Part shown: positions 22,665-35,250 of the stretch, one piece after another
Position numbering within the stretch: the stretch's first letter is position 1
Layout: each line of letters begins with the position of its first letter
Notes under the pieces: generated by a model
Databases searched by the model: none
The model's input: the letters and a program-made list of their open reading frames with translations, nothing else
What the model was told of the DNA's origin: nothing
Assembly (NCBI GenBank): GCA_036172245.1
Contig: JAYWIR010000075.1
Coordinates: 62,001-126,000, forward strand
Reading direction: 5' to 3'
DNA: 64,000 nt
Origin: Raillietiella orientalis
Taxonomy: Eukaryota
Translations under genes and position numbers: made by a program

Positions 22665-25490
22665 TTTCTTAACGGGTCTTGCCGTGATGTTTATTGACAT
22701 AAACTCTTTGGAAACAGCTAGTTTATGTCAATAAACTGTTTCCAGCCAATGACTACGAAAACCAACAACGGAGATACACATGGAGCTCAAGCCAGGTAAA
22801 TGGAAGGACCTGTACGAATGGGCGGGAAGGGACTACAAACAAATAATCAAAGTCTTATTGGTAGGAATGGGCCAGGGAACTTTGGTAACTCTCTACAGTT
22901 ACCAGAAGAGACAAAGAGAAAAAGCACCAAAAGCACTACGGAGCGAATGGGGCAGGGGCGCGACAACAAAAATAGAAATAAAAGAGAATGGAGGTGGATC
23001 ACCGGGTTCGTCGTTCCAAACCATAGTTAATCAGGCGATGGACGCCGGTGAGCTCCTCCGTGGGATCTTCGCTCAAGTGTCGCCACTTAGCTACCGTACT
23101 GATGAAGTCGGCTGCTTTCATGGTGACACAGCATCGCTGACCAGTATTCTCCAGCACGTCTCGGACCGTGCTGAATAGTCAGATACAACCAACTTTGGAA
23201 ATCATCGCAGCCATCGAAAGTCCTTGTGGTTGGAAGAAACGTCGCAGCACTTCTCGGGTGGTGTCCTCCGATGGCAGGAGAGGTGCTGCTAGCCTCCGCC
23301 AGAGTTGCTCGAGGGCACCGCAGTTCATAACAAGGTGCGGGAACCACTGCGTCGTCCCGTACCGGGCAAAATAGGGAGAAGCCACCCCACCGGAAATTCG
23401 GTGCCGCCACTCGTTATGGCGCAAGCCCCAGTGCAAGAAGAGGAAGACGTCTTGCTTCCATGCAAGGGGAAACACCGAACCGTCAAAACAGCAGGGAGGG
23501 ATTATAAGTTCCTCGAGGCAACACAAAGAGCTTCTCCCCACCGAAGTAATTCCTTTGCTGTAGCACGAGGAGTGGCGGCATCCGCCTGCTTGCTCGTGTC
23601 CCATTTGCCGAGTTTTGTTCTTCCTGAGATGGTGCAGAACTCCCACCTTGCCGGCTGGCTACTGTCTCCTCGAACCTCGAGGGCAGACAGTGCGTCGACG
23701 AGGGGCGTGGCGGCTAGGGAGGAAAATTTCAACTCGTACTGCATGACATCTTGGAGTGGCCAAGGTTGGAATCGACGCAGGGGGCGAAGATCTTCACAGC
23801 TCATTCCTAAGAATGCAGCCCAAGAATCAGTGGATTCCTGCCGCCAGGGATTGTAGTTCATCGGGCAGCAGGAAATCCACGCTTTGGCTTTCAATAGGGC
23901 GACAATTTGCCTCAAAGGATAGCCAAATCCCTGTTTCCTGTGGCGCATACCAGGCACCAAGGAAAGAAGGCCTTCATTGCCTGCACATCTCCGTAGGAGC
24001 ATGCGGAAATTCCATAGCTCGGCACAGTGCGAGCATCTTGAACTGCACTTCCAGTCCGATTCGCTCCATCGTAAGGATGCCAAGACCAGCATCCCGACGT
24101 GCAGCCGTCAGGTCTTTCAGGCGGATCCTGGATCGCGCCGGACCCCAGAGAGCTCTTCTTAGCAGGCGTTTTGCCCGCTCTTTGGCCGTGTAGTGGGGAT
24201 TCAAGGCTAAAAATCGGGGTCGAAGGAGGGGAGCCACGAAGGTGTTCCAAATAGTTGCCCGTTCTGGCAAGGTGAACTTGCCGTTAGTGAACGGGCTGGC
24301 TGCCAACTCTGCCTTATGAATGCAGTCCGACCACGCCTCGGCAGAACCGAGGTCGCCCAGCGGAACTCCAAGGTACTTGAAATACCCTGCCGTGGGGATC
24401 CCCAGGCAGATCCAGTCGGACTGCCTCTAACACGACGCTCCCACAGGAAGGATCACACTCTTCTTCCTGTTCACGCTCACGCCCGCTCCCCGCCGAATCA
24501 GTTCGAAGAAATCTTCGACACTGGACGCCGGGGTGGACATAGGGAGCCGAAGAAGCAGATCTGCATAGGCAGCCACGGCAGGCGTACCCGGGCAAGAGCT
24601 AGGCAGGTAATCCAGCGTCAGCCTGTACGCCCTCAGCACCAACTCGAAGAAGATGCTGAAGAGCAACGGGCTTAAGCTGTCACCCTGTCTGATACCCTTG
24701 CTCACAGGAATACCGTACACGTGGCAGCCGCTAAAAGAAATGCAGGTTAGCGCGTGGCGCCAGCAAGCGCGCAAGTACTTCAGGAGATGCGCCGGGAGAC
24801 CCAGGCGTTCCAAGAGCTCCAATAGGAGTCTTTGGTTGACGCAATCGAACGCCGTGTGCAGGTCGACTGCGACCGCCAAGGCACCCGGCGTGCCCTCCTG
24901 CCGCTTCTGTCGATACCGTGTGCCTTTGGCAGCGGCCTTGGACATGGATCGGCTTCGCTACGCTACGCGCTCCTGCGGCTGCATCCAGGTGCGGGCAAAC
25001 AGGAAGTTCGCGTCCATGGACCGCCCGGGAACAGCGCAACTCTGCTCCGGGCTTACCAAGGACTGCGCGATTCTCCCTAGCCGCGAAACCCACAGCTTGG
25101 AGAACAACTTGATGTCCGAGTTCACCAGGGTGATCGGACGCCAGTTGTTGAGATGGCGTGCGTCTCCACCTTTCGGCAGGAGACGCACCCTCGCTGAGCG
25201 GAAGGAATTGGGGACATTCCCCGAAACCCTCATCAGCGACAAGAGGCTAAGCACTAGGGGGACGAGTTCCATCAGAAAGCAATGATATAACTCCGCGGGC
25301 AGACCATCCTATCCTGGTGCTTTTCGTTTCTTAAGCCCCGCGACGGCGGAGGAACTTCCCTCCTCCGTGAAGGACTCGAGACATGCGCGTTCCTCTTCGC
25401 AAACAACGGGTGCATCCTGCGATAGAAGTATCTCCGAAAAGATATTTTCCGTAGGCGTTTCCGCGTATAGCGAGGAGTAACACCGCCTTA
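22665..25490 (-). mobile_element. Tx1/L1 copy J (divergent subfamily): RT to 3' end
   Basis: NWRPITLVNSDIKLF, DLHTAFD, GIRQGDSLSP, YAD-, KYLG and PLAWKQD..LHWGL. Minus-strand AATAAA at 22690-22695. Confidence 0.9.
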
Positions 25491-25506
25491 CGATGCGGCG
25501 ACCGCT

Positions 25507-26270
25507 GCCTTACTTCGAGTTGGTGCTGAGGGCATATAGGGAGACTCTGGCAACCCTGCCGAGCGCCTGTTCCGGCACGCCTGCCGTGTCGCCCTTTGCC
25601 GACGACCTTCTGCTCCTGCTCCCCTGGTCCACCCCGGCGTCGGCGAACGAAGATTTCTTTGAACTGCTACGCCCCAGGACGCGCCTCGAGGTGCACAGAG
25701 AGAAATCGACTATCGTCCCGACATCTGCCAATACGGTGCGAGCCGGACGGCCTGACTGCATCCGTTTGGGGATCCCCACGGCCAGGTACCTGAAGTACCT
25801 GGGTGTCCCCCGTTGGGGGACTTTTGCCTCGCAGAAGCCTGGTCAGGTCGTCTCCAAAAGGTGGAGTCGGCGATCGGCCCGCTCCTGGAAAGCAAGTTTC
25901 TTCTGCCGGAACGGGCCGCGATGTGAAACGCCTTCGCGGCCCCCATACTCCGCCACCTGCTTTTTGTTTGCCCCGTTCCCCAGTTGAAGAGGACAAAGGA
26001 CTTACCTCGCATCGCCCTGTGGGGTAGCAGGGGACCCAGAGCGCCTCCGAAAGACTTATGCGCTTCGCGTCGGGATGGCGGTCTTGGCCTCCTGACGCTG
26101 GAGCGCTTGGAGATCCAGTTGCGATGGCGCACCTTGGCCATCGCAGCGAAGTATTGGAGCACCCCCTGGTGCGTCCTGGCCGCCTCCTCGCCAGCTGTTT
26201 CCCGGACGCAAGGACTCGCGTCTTATTTTCTGTGCGTATTCGCAAGAAACTCCGCCTGTCACAAGTTATA
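25507..26270 (+). mobile_element. Tx1/L1 RT/thumb fragment K
   Basis: YFELVLRAY, FADDLLL, KYLG and DGGLGLL. Confidence 0.85.
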
Positions 26271-27023
26271 AATCAGGTCCATATAAGTCTAGACACTACA
26301 GTCATCGTTGAAATGTGCAGCATGTCCATGTTGACCGGAATTGATCTTGCATTCGTGCTTGTCATCGTGCCGCTCAATAGCCAGCCCGTCGATAGAGACG
26401 AGAAACTTGCTCCATCAGTGGTGACGGAAGGTAAAAATGAACAATTTTGGCAAAGCAAGGCAGACTTGGCGTTGTGGACTCCAAAATGCGCGATCTCACT
26501 GCGATTCGAGCTGATGCGGACATCACGCGCAACTATACATATTCAATCCATTTCTTTGCAGCTGCTTGGTACTGGCCACGAGCGGATGCTTGGTTTCGTG
26601 TGGATACACATTTCGTCTCGATTTCGAGGTTTCTATAAGTGAGAAAAACCTTTTGGGTGACAAGTGGTTCCTGAGTCCGAGTTAAAGACTGTGTCGTGCA
26701 AATAGCACTGTACCAGGGGAAATGTCACTAAGAACTATTCTAGACGCGGTGTAGTCCTCCCGCACCTGTTAGCGGAGTGTCTTGGAGGGTGCTCCGGTAG
26801 TATGCGTCTTTCTATGTCTCCCTTTGAATTAAATCAACGTCTCAGCGCAACCTGGTGAAAACGGTATACTCTGCTGCGATTCTGTGGATCTTTTGGATGT
26901 CAGATTGAAGGGTCGCAGAAAGAGGCTGCTTCTCCCTTCTTCTCAAAGTCGTGTGATCCGTGGAAGTTCCAAGATGCTATGCGTATACTACTGCAATACT
27001 GCTGTGAAACTGGCAGTGATGCA

Positions 27024-27758
27024 CTTGGTTCTCAAGAGGGATGAAAAGATATCCTGTATCAATGAAGTGCGCACGTTCCCTTTGTTGTCTTTCTGAGCTT
27101 TTCTGTAACGCTTCACAGTCTCCACGGAGTGGGACGCTCCCACCTGAAATAGCTCAATTTCCGGAGTTCGACTCTAAGGAACATGTCGCCTCGCGGCTTC
27201 GGAATCACGCCCGGAAGTTTGCCTGCCCCTTGCTTCACTTCCTGTCTCCTAGTTTCCTCTCGCATGTGAGATTCCTGGCTTTTGGGGGTTGGTGCAGATC
27301 CCCCTTGTTATTTTGTTTGTCGGATTTCGTCGATTTCCTGTTTTCCGCACATTTTCTATAATTCCCACGGCAGAAGGAGCAAGGTCACTCATTTTGGGGC
27401 AAGGTATTTGCCTGTACTCCAATTGCTGGCATTTGTAACATTGAATTTCGTGTTGAGATGTCCCATTTTATCACAATTTCTGCATATTTCGGAATTCCTT
27501 ACAAACCACAGATCAACGCATTCTGTACCGATCTGCAGTTTGTAGGTAAGCTCTTTCATGTACCGTTATCCGAGCTACCTCCAGACCGCTAAATACTCTT
27601 TCGTATTCAGGGAATGCGCTTGGCGCTTTTCACATCGTCTGTACGGTCCGTACGCGGATAACTTATTGGCAAATAACTTCTTCATATGCAGTGTGATTCC
27701 AGGGAACGTGCGCACTTCATTGATCCATGAAATCTTTTCATCCCTCTTGAGAACCAAG
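27024..27758. repeat. 58-bp inverted repeat pair (27024-27081 / 27701-27758)
   Basis: CTTGGTTCTCAAGAGGGATGAAAAGAT...GTGCGCACGTTCCCT and its reverse complement, with 3 mismatches. Confidence 0.9.
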
Positions 27759-30700
27759 GTAGACCACGAGCGCGCGGCCCGCAGCTACGAAGACCTTGCG
27801 GCTATCCATTCTTATAGGGTTTTCGGCAGTTGTTGGGCGAGACCCTAGTTCTTGCAGTTCAGTTCAGTAATTTGCATCCCGTTGAGAATCCAAGGTCCCT
27901 CAAGTTCTTCCTTATGTACTTGTAACCTTCTAAGTTCCTGTGTGAATACGTGTACAGTAGAGAGAAGTCAGCCTACCTTGTAGAACAGGACCGACTTGTA
28001 GCCTTGGTGCACGTGTAGGTCCTTGATTCTGTTGTGATGCCGGAGTTTCTGCAGGAAATACCTGAGCCCATGACCTCTTTTCCGGATGTCGATGCTGGAG
28101 AGGTTGGTTCCCCCACCTCCACAGCTTTTGGAGGAGAGCCTAATCCTCAACTATCCATGGCCAGCTCACTGCCATTAATGCACCACTGTTCCCTACATCA
28201 TGCAACCACTGAAGAAAAGGCATGCAACCACTGCCTTCCCTGTAGCGGATAAGAGCAAAAATCACATCTGTGCAGTTGAACTCCTTTATCACAAGTAACC
28301 ATAAAACTATGGTACGAGATCGTGTCAATTACGACAAAATGGAAACCGTGCTTCAAAACACAAAGATACAGAATATTAAGGGAAGCCGAGTTGAAAATTA
28401 CATTTGCGAAAGGTCAAAATACTGTGACACGAACACATTTGACACTCCAAAAAGTTAGATAGCTGAAAAGGGAGGAAAAATCAAGTACTTCATAAAATTG
28501 AAATTCTGCTATAGATCTCACTTGTACCTAAGCGATTGACGCCATGTAAATCTTGAAAGCCGACTTACAACTTCAGTGCGACAGTGTTTTAAACAGAATT
28601 CATTGCAACATTTTCGTAAAGTCGATTATTGTAATCTCTATCACTCTGTGATGGGGATTACAATTTCAAGGAAAAAACAAAACACTATTGACATACAAAA
28701 TTAAGAAACGTGCTCGTCGTTTGTCATAAAACGGAAAAAACACAAAAACGCGTCAAAACTGGAATCAGCTTTTGCAAAGAAAAAAAAAAATTCTGCATGC
28801 CTTCATATGGAAATTGTTGAGTATAAGTTGAAAAGATTCGTTTCACTTTTCTGATTCTATAAGATCAGTTTCCTGCAATAAGTTTACCTAAGTTTACCTA
28901 CAATAATTTTACGTTTCACTAGCTATGCCATTAGGATCTCGGAGAAATGCTACTATAGTTCTTTATTGTTTGAAGTTAATAATAGTAACAATAATCATTT
29001 CACAGGGAGCTTGATTGGGGATGAGAAATTTTCAACAAATTGGGGCTTCAACTTTCAATTGGGAAAAAACAAAAAAAAAACGAAACTGCTGAACAAGAAA
29101 CAGGCAACGGTTGCCAGTGACTCCATTAGTGACATTATCACAATTCAGAGTGAATCAGATACTTTGCTTTCTCCACTTAATGATAAATAAGCTCCAGAAG
29201 GTGTGCCGATATAATACAAATCTCTTAAAAATAAAATAAACATGTGAGTTCAGTTATGGATAAAGACAGAGACAACAATAAGCGCAGAAGCAACCAATTC
29301 CATGTGAGCCACACTAGAAATAATGCTGCATAAGTTGCATAGAGCAAGAAACACAGAGAAAAAGAGAACCACAGGACAGGGAAACAAAACCAGATTCATG
29401 AAGAGTTATAGGATGGAAATTTCGGACAGAAGAGAACACTGGCTTCATAAATGATGGCTGAATGCTGAATTGAAATTCAACAATGAGACTGAACTCAACA
29501 CAGTGAGACATTACTGAGAATGCTTTGGTTAGAAATTTGTAGCTTTACTTCAAGAGAGTGAGTACTCAACATAATCCAAATCTAAATTTTGCTACTCACA
29601 GCATTCCATGTAGTAATGCAGAACCAAAGCGGAAGCAGAATTAACTTGATAGTTTCTCTGAAAATTACGAATCAATGATTAGAGATTCATTTTGCAATCA
29701 TGTGATGGAACCTTTGCATTGTTAAGAAAACTCAAAATCTCCATTTGGGGAAATAGTCTTGGAAGATTATGTAATGAACAAGATATTCCTTACAATATTT
29801 CCTTACATTCCATTGATCTCTTACATTCCAGATTCAAAACCTTGCTCTCTTACATTCCTAATTTTCAATTCGCTACAAACGCTTTAAAATCTAACAGCTT
29901 GAAAGCTCCTACTCCACCACCTTGCATCACATTTGAACTAAGAATTTTGAATCATTTTGCGGAATCCATGCAATTGTGATCCTGAGCCTATCTATATTTT
30001 CCAAGTGCTGTATTTAATAAACAGAAACAACGAAAAATAAAACGTCTTGGAGTGAAAACAGATTTGGGGGATTCTGAATTACATGATGATTTGATGTGCA
30101 CTTTAGACACCCATAAACATATCTTCATACTGTGCCCTTTATTTCAAACTAATACTGGAATCTTGAGTGCTGAATTCAGCTTCATTGTCATATCATGATG
30201 CCAGCTTTCCATTTCTATGCAACTCTGAATATCAGCAACAAAAGTTTTCTTTTCTTTACTTTTTTTTATTGCCAAGCAGAACCTTAGGGAAGAAACTGCA
30301 CAAACATCAAATACTTGCAAAATACATTATTACCACCGCAAATGCAGAGAACACATAGAAAAACAGCTTAGCATATCACAGTTTGTTGATGAATAAAAAA
30401 ATTGAAACAGCGTTGACTACCTATTTACAACATCCAATATACTTTTTCTTTAAATTACTCTTTTGGTTCTTGAACATTTTGTGAATAATTGACAGGATAA
30501 CCTTAGCAATTTAAATGCCAATACATGTATTTATGCTAATGAAGGCAAGAACTCATAACTAAAACAATATCTGATGGGTACATGGCTCAATAGCTCTGAT
30601 CCTCTAAGACTCTTCTTTCTATAATCCAACTCTTATAATCACTCACTATTCTTTAATTGATCACTTTGTGGATACATCTTATCAAACAAAATATCATCCT

Positions 30701-33700
30701 GATGCATACATGAATTTTTCCGCAACATGCACTCAAGTAAATGCAAAGTTTTGTTTTCTGAAAGTGATGAAGCAACTATCAGATGCTAGTGATTATTCCC
30801 ATTCAAGATTACTAGTACCCCTACAAAGTTTTTGAATACATTCAGAGGTAATTCCAATTTGCATATTACTGTACCTTATCATACAGTCTAAGTATCATGG
30901 AAGTCTATTTTTTTCAATCTAGTCAAGCACTTATCGGTTCTCTCTTAATAATCTACACTTTCTGTTTAGTCTATCCCTTATTAAAAACAGAGTTTATGAC
31001 TTACGTAGTGATAATGAAGTTGGCTGATCTTTGATGCAATTTCTCCAATTTAAATATTCTGGAACCATGTTTTGTATCAGGAACTGATGCGCAAAATCGA
31101 GAAAGAAACACCAGAGTTTGATGAGCATCCAAAATCCTTTACTAAATCTATTTTCCATTCAAATCAATGAATGGACCATCAATGACCACTAACTTCACAC
31201 ATTAGAAAAAACAAATTTTAGAAACTTGCAAAACCAAAAAAGAACACTAAACTAGCAGAAATCCTGTTAATGCATTCAAAAATCACCACACCTGTGCTGA
31301 TGCTGAAAATTCCATAATTTGCTGCACATATCAAATCCTTTTCAACAGTTTGGCGATTCCATGTGTTCATATGAAGGTGTCTTGAAATGAGGACATTAGA
31401 CAGATACGAAATAACCACAGCTTAGATAACTCCAACATGAATTATGCAAGTCCATACACATATACTAGTCTGCACAATATACACATACGTATACATAGAT
31501 GTATAATGAAGGATCACTTAACATATGTCCATTTCAAAATAATCCACAGTGTATATTGCAAAGTAACACAATTCCCGGGGATGAATACCAATTTATTAAA
31601 TTTCAAATTTATAACAGGTAATTTTTGCTATCAATTTTTTGTTCTTTTGCTTCATTTGAATACCTTACTCTAGCTGCCAATGGCAGAAATTGCCTCAATG
31701 GAACGAATAAGATACAAAACGGCAATTTTTTTTTTTTTAAAAAAAAAAAAAAAACTCACTCATAAAATAGAAAGCAAGATAACCGTAGAGGGGAAGCAGA
31801 CGCATTACAAACTTAAATGAAAAACTTTGTGACTGGTTATTCTTCAACTGGATTACACTTGAAACCAAAAAAACAAATCCAAAAAGCAAGGCTTCAGCAC
31901 TCCCATTACAGGACTTTCACGAACGCCGCACTGGCAGCCAGCAACCTGGGCTGCCGCCTGCAAGTTTGCTGCGACTACACCGAAATTTTGTTACAGCGTG
32001 CTTTTCAGGGCCTGGATTTCACTCTTGCAAGTGAAGTGGGTTTGCATCCAGATCGTTCCAACACACAAATGCATTAGCAAACTGTTGCAAACTTACTTTC
32101 TTTAATAGATTGATTTCAAAAATAATTTGTGGTTTTCGTACGGAGAGGCGTGACTTTGGGAGAGCTTGTGAGCTGCCTTACCAAAAGTATTTCAATTCCT
32201 TGTTCGAACGTATTTGCAGCGCTTACGAAAGAAAATGATAAATGACGTAACTTTTTCATTTCACTCTAATGGGTCTATAAAGATTCGTATTATATTTTCA
32301 TAGATTGCAGCAAATTCATCAACAGTTAAATAATCTGCTCAAGGCTGCTATCTCAGATTTTTCATTCAAGGTTGCATATTCCCTTTTGAAAATAGGAATC
32401 TTCTAAAGAATCATTTTGTAGTCACATGAAAGAAAAATACTTTCATATTTTCAACTATCGAGGTCTTTTATTTATTATTTCTGATGAAGAGTCACGTCAC
32501 AGTCAGGAAAATAATCTTGGGAGCGAGTTCCAAGACTCCAATTTCTTTTCTTATGTTTGATTGACCGTCCCGCCCTTACGATTATAAAAACTTAAATACC
32601 TGCACTTTCTTTGTATTGTGCTTCCTGAAACTTTTCTGCTGACACATACAGGCAGTAAGTGTTTGTCAGCGTTCTCGTGCATTCTGTAAAAATACTGCAA
32701 AACTGATGCAAGTGTACTAGTACTGAGGTACTTGTTGAATTCTTAATTTGAGTGCATAAACATCAATACTCTTATTTTCTTAGTGTAACAGAAAGAAAGC
32801 ATTCTCTTGTATTAGTCTGCTTAGAATTCCATGGGTAAATGTATATATGTTTGTAGGAAAACTTCTCTCCTAATCAGCAGTAAGTTATTGAAGCTACTGT
32901 TTTCTTCTTAGCATGATTTAGAAACGCTCCATCTAGAGAACAGGATAAAATGATGAAAGAACTTCTGGTTACCACGTTATTGAGGACCAATGAATATTGA
33001 AATTTGCAATACTTGAAACTTTCTGACATTGTTTCCAGCAGTGACCACATGATTACCTAACGAAAGCACTAACAGTTTCCCTCCATCAAAACGCCATTCA
33101 ATTGTGAAAACAATACGGGTAAGTTCGCTTTCTCAAGTATTAAACGCAAATGCAATCGTACAGTTCGACACACCAATAGGAAATCCTATTTTGTGTACAT
33201 ACTTCCACTGATTCGATCTTTCAATGAAAACCACCCCATCGTCGATATGCATGCATTTCCACAGCTCAAGCATACTTTTAACACCAGTCTTTCGATCTGA
33301 TATTCGCTTTGCCACTCATAGCAACATTTCTGCAGGGCGGTTTCGGAAATGAAAATTTCCTGTTTCGAAACAGCGTGCAATTCCAAAAACCCTGCCTTCG
33401 GCAATGAAGAAAAAGCATTGCGACACGTTTCGTTTACCTTCGTCAAAGCGCGAAAAGCAATTCTCAATAGATGCTAATCTATAAGCTTCAGTGGGTTTGC
33501 AACTTGTACTGACAAGAAATAAATGTCCGAAAACACTTTCGTGTTTTACTAGAGATGGCTAATACGGTTTGGTAATTCAATTCCTTAACCACCAGCCGTA
33601 GGGGGGTGGCCGTGAGAACTTCGGAAACGTTAAACTCAAACTTGCACTTGTGCACGCTCAAGAACCACTTTCACCCGATTCAGGTAAAAAGAAAAGCACT

Positions 33701-34673
33701 GGTACTGCATCTAAAAACGAAAGCTTCTTTGCACTGATTGCATCTGCCCAGATGCATAACGGTGCTAGGAAGATACGTGCACCCTGCCAGTGCACTTTGT
33801 TCTGGAGGCAAAAGTTTGTTCCCAGAGAAACGAAATGCACTCCAGTTAGTTTCTGTAAAGTCACCTCCTGCATAAACACAAAAACAGTAGTACTCATCAT
33901 AAGCAACTCTTCTCTGCACCATTCGCCTATTGGACATCAGCTAGGAAGATTCGTTTAGAAAGCGAGAGCATTTTTCCCCTTGCGTGAAACATAAGAGAAG
34001 CCTACTAGATTACAAGTGCACAACTCCTCACATGTGAACGATACAGGACCTGTACAGCCAGTGGTCATTACTCACCCGTTAGCGAGGTCGATCAATAATC
34101 CAAAACAAACATGGCGCTGCGTGCCAGAAATGTTGACACGGAATCAGAAGTCAACGTGGATTCCAATGAACCTCCAGAGTGCGAGGCAATCCCAAAGTTC
34201 AGTTGCATAATTCCTTGCTCGACGCAATGCCTAAGGCTTTAGCCGGAAATGGAGTCGCCGCAGCTACGCAGGCACTAACGCAATTAATGCATGCTCGGAA
34301 TACTCCCTTGATACCGAGCATGTAGTGACAGGTTTTCCTTGTACCGCACACTTCAACAGAACGTGATGCACAAACGGATGCTTTAAAACAATGGATATGT
34401 ACAATGCATAATTGGAACCCATAGCAACAGCCGACTGCCCTCCGAAACACTGGGGGATCAACGCTAAATGTAAAACTCCAAAGTGGAAACAGATGAAAAA
34501 CGACCTTAAACAAATACTTATATTTGCTGAGATCTACAACGTTGGCTACAAATAAAATCATAATACACAAAAGTAATCGTATCTCAATTTAGTTCATTGG
34601 TCTCGAAACAATTTCATAACACGAATGGAAAACGTCCAAAAGAACCAGAACAGTTGCAATCAGTTGTACAGTC

Positions 34674-35051
<378 letters not shown>

Positions 35052-35159
35052 TTAACAACGTTCACAAATCAAAACAAATGTAAAAGATTTTAAACACTAT
35101 TACCAGCTGTCCCGCTAGCTCAACAATCTTGATCACCAACAGGTTGCGCTCGTGTCACC

Positions 35160-35250
35160 GCGTCCTTAAATACAAAGAATAAGAGAGTAAAAAGCTACCG
35201 AGTGCAAGATATTGATTCGTTGAAAAACAGCCAATCAAATTTCTGATTGT
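35160..35250 (-). promoter_or_regulatory. Putative H2A promoter (TATA-like TATTTAAG and an inverted CCAAT box)
   Basis: TATTTAAG on the minus strand at 35165-35172; AGCCAATCA at 35229-35237; position upstream of the ATG is plausible. Confidence 0.55.

Noticed and set aside
1..26270. Numerous long overlapping and antisense ORFs
   Set aside because: Shadow frames of GC-rich retrotransposon coding sequence.
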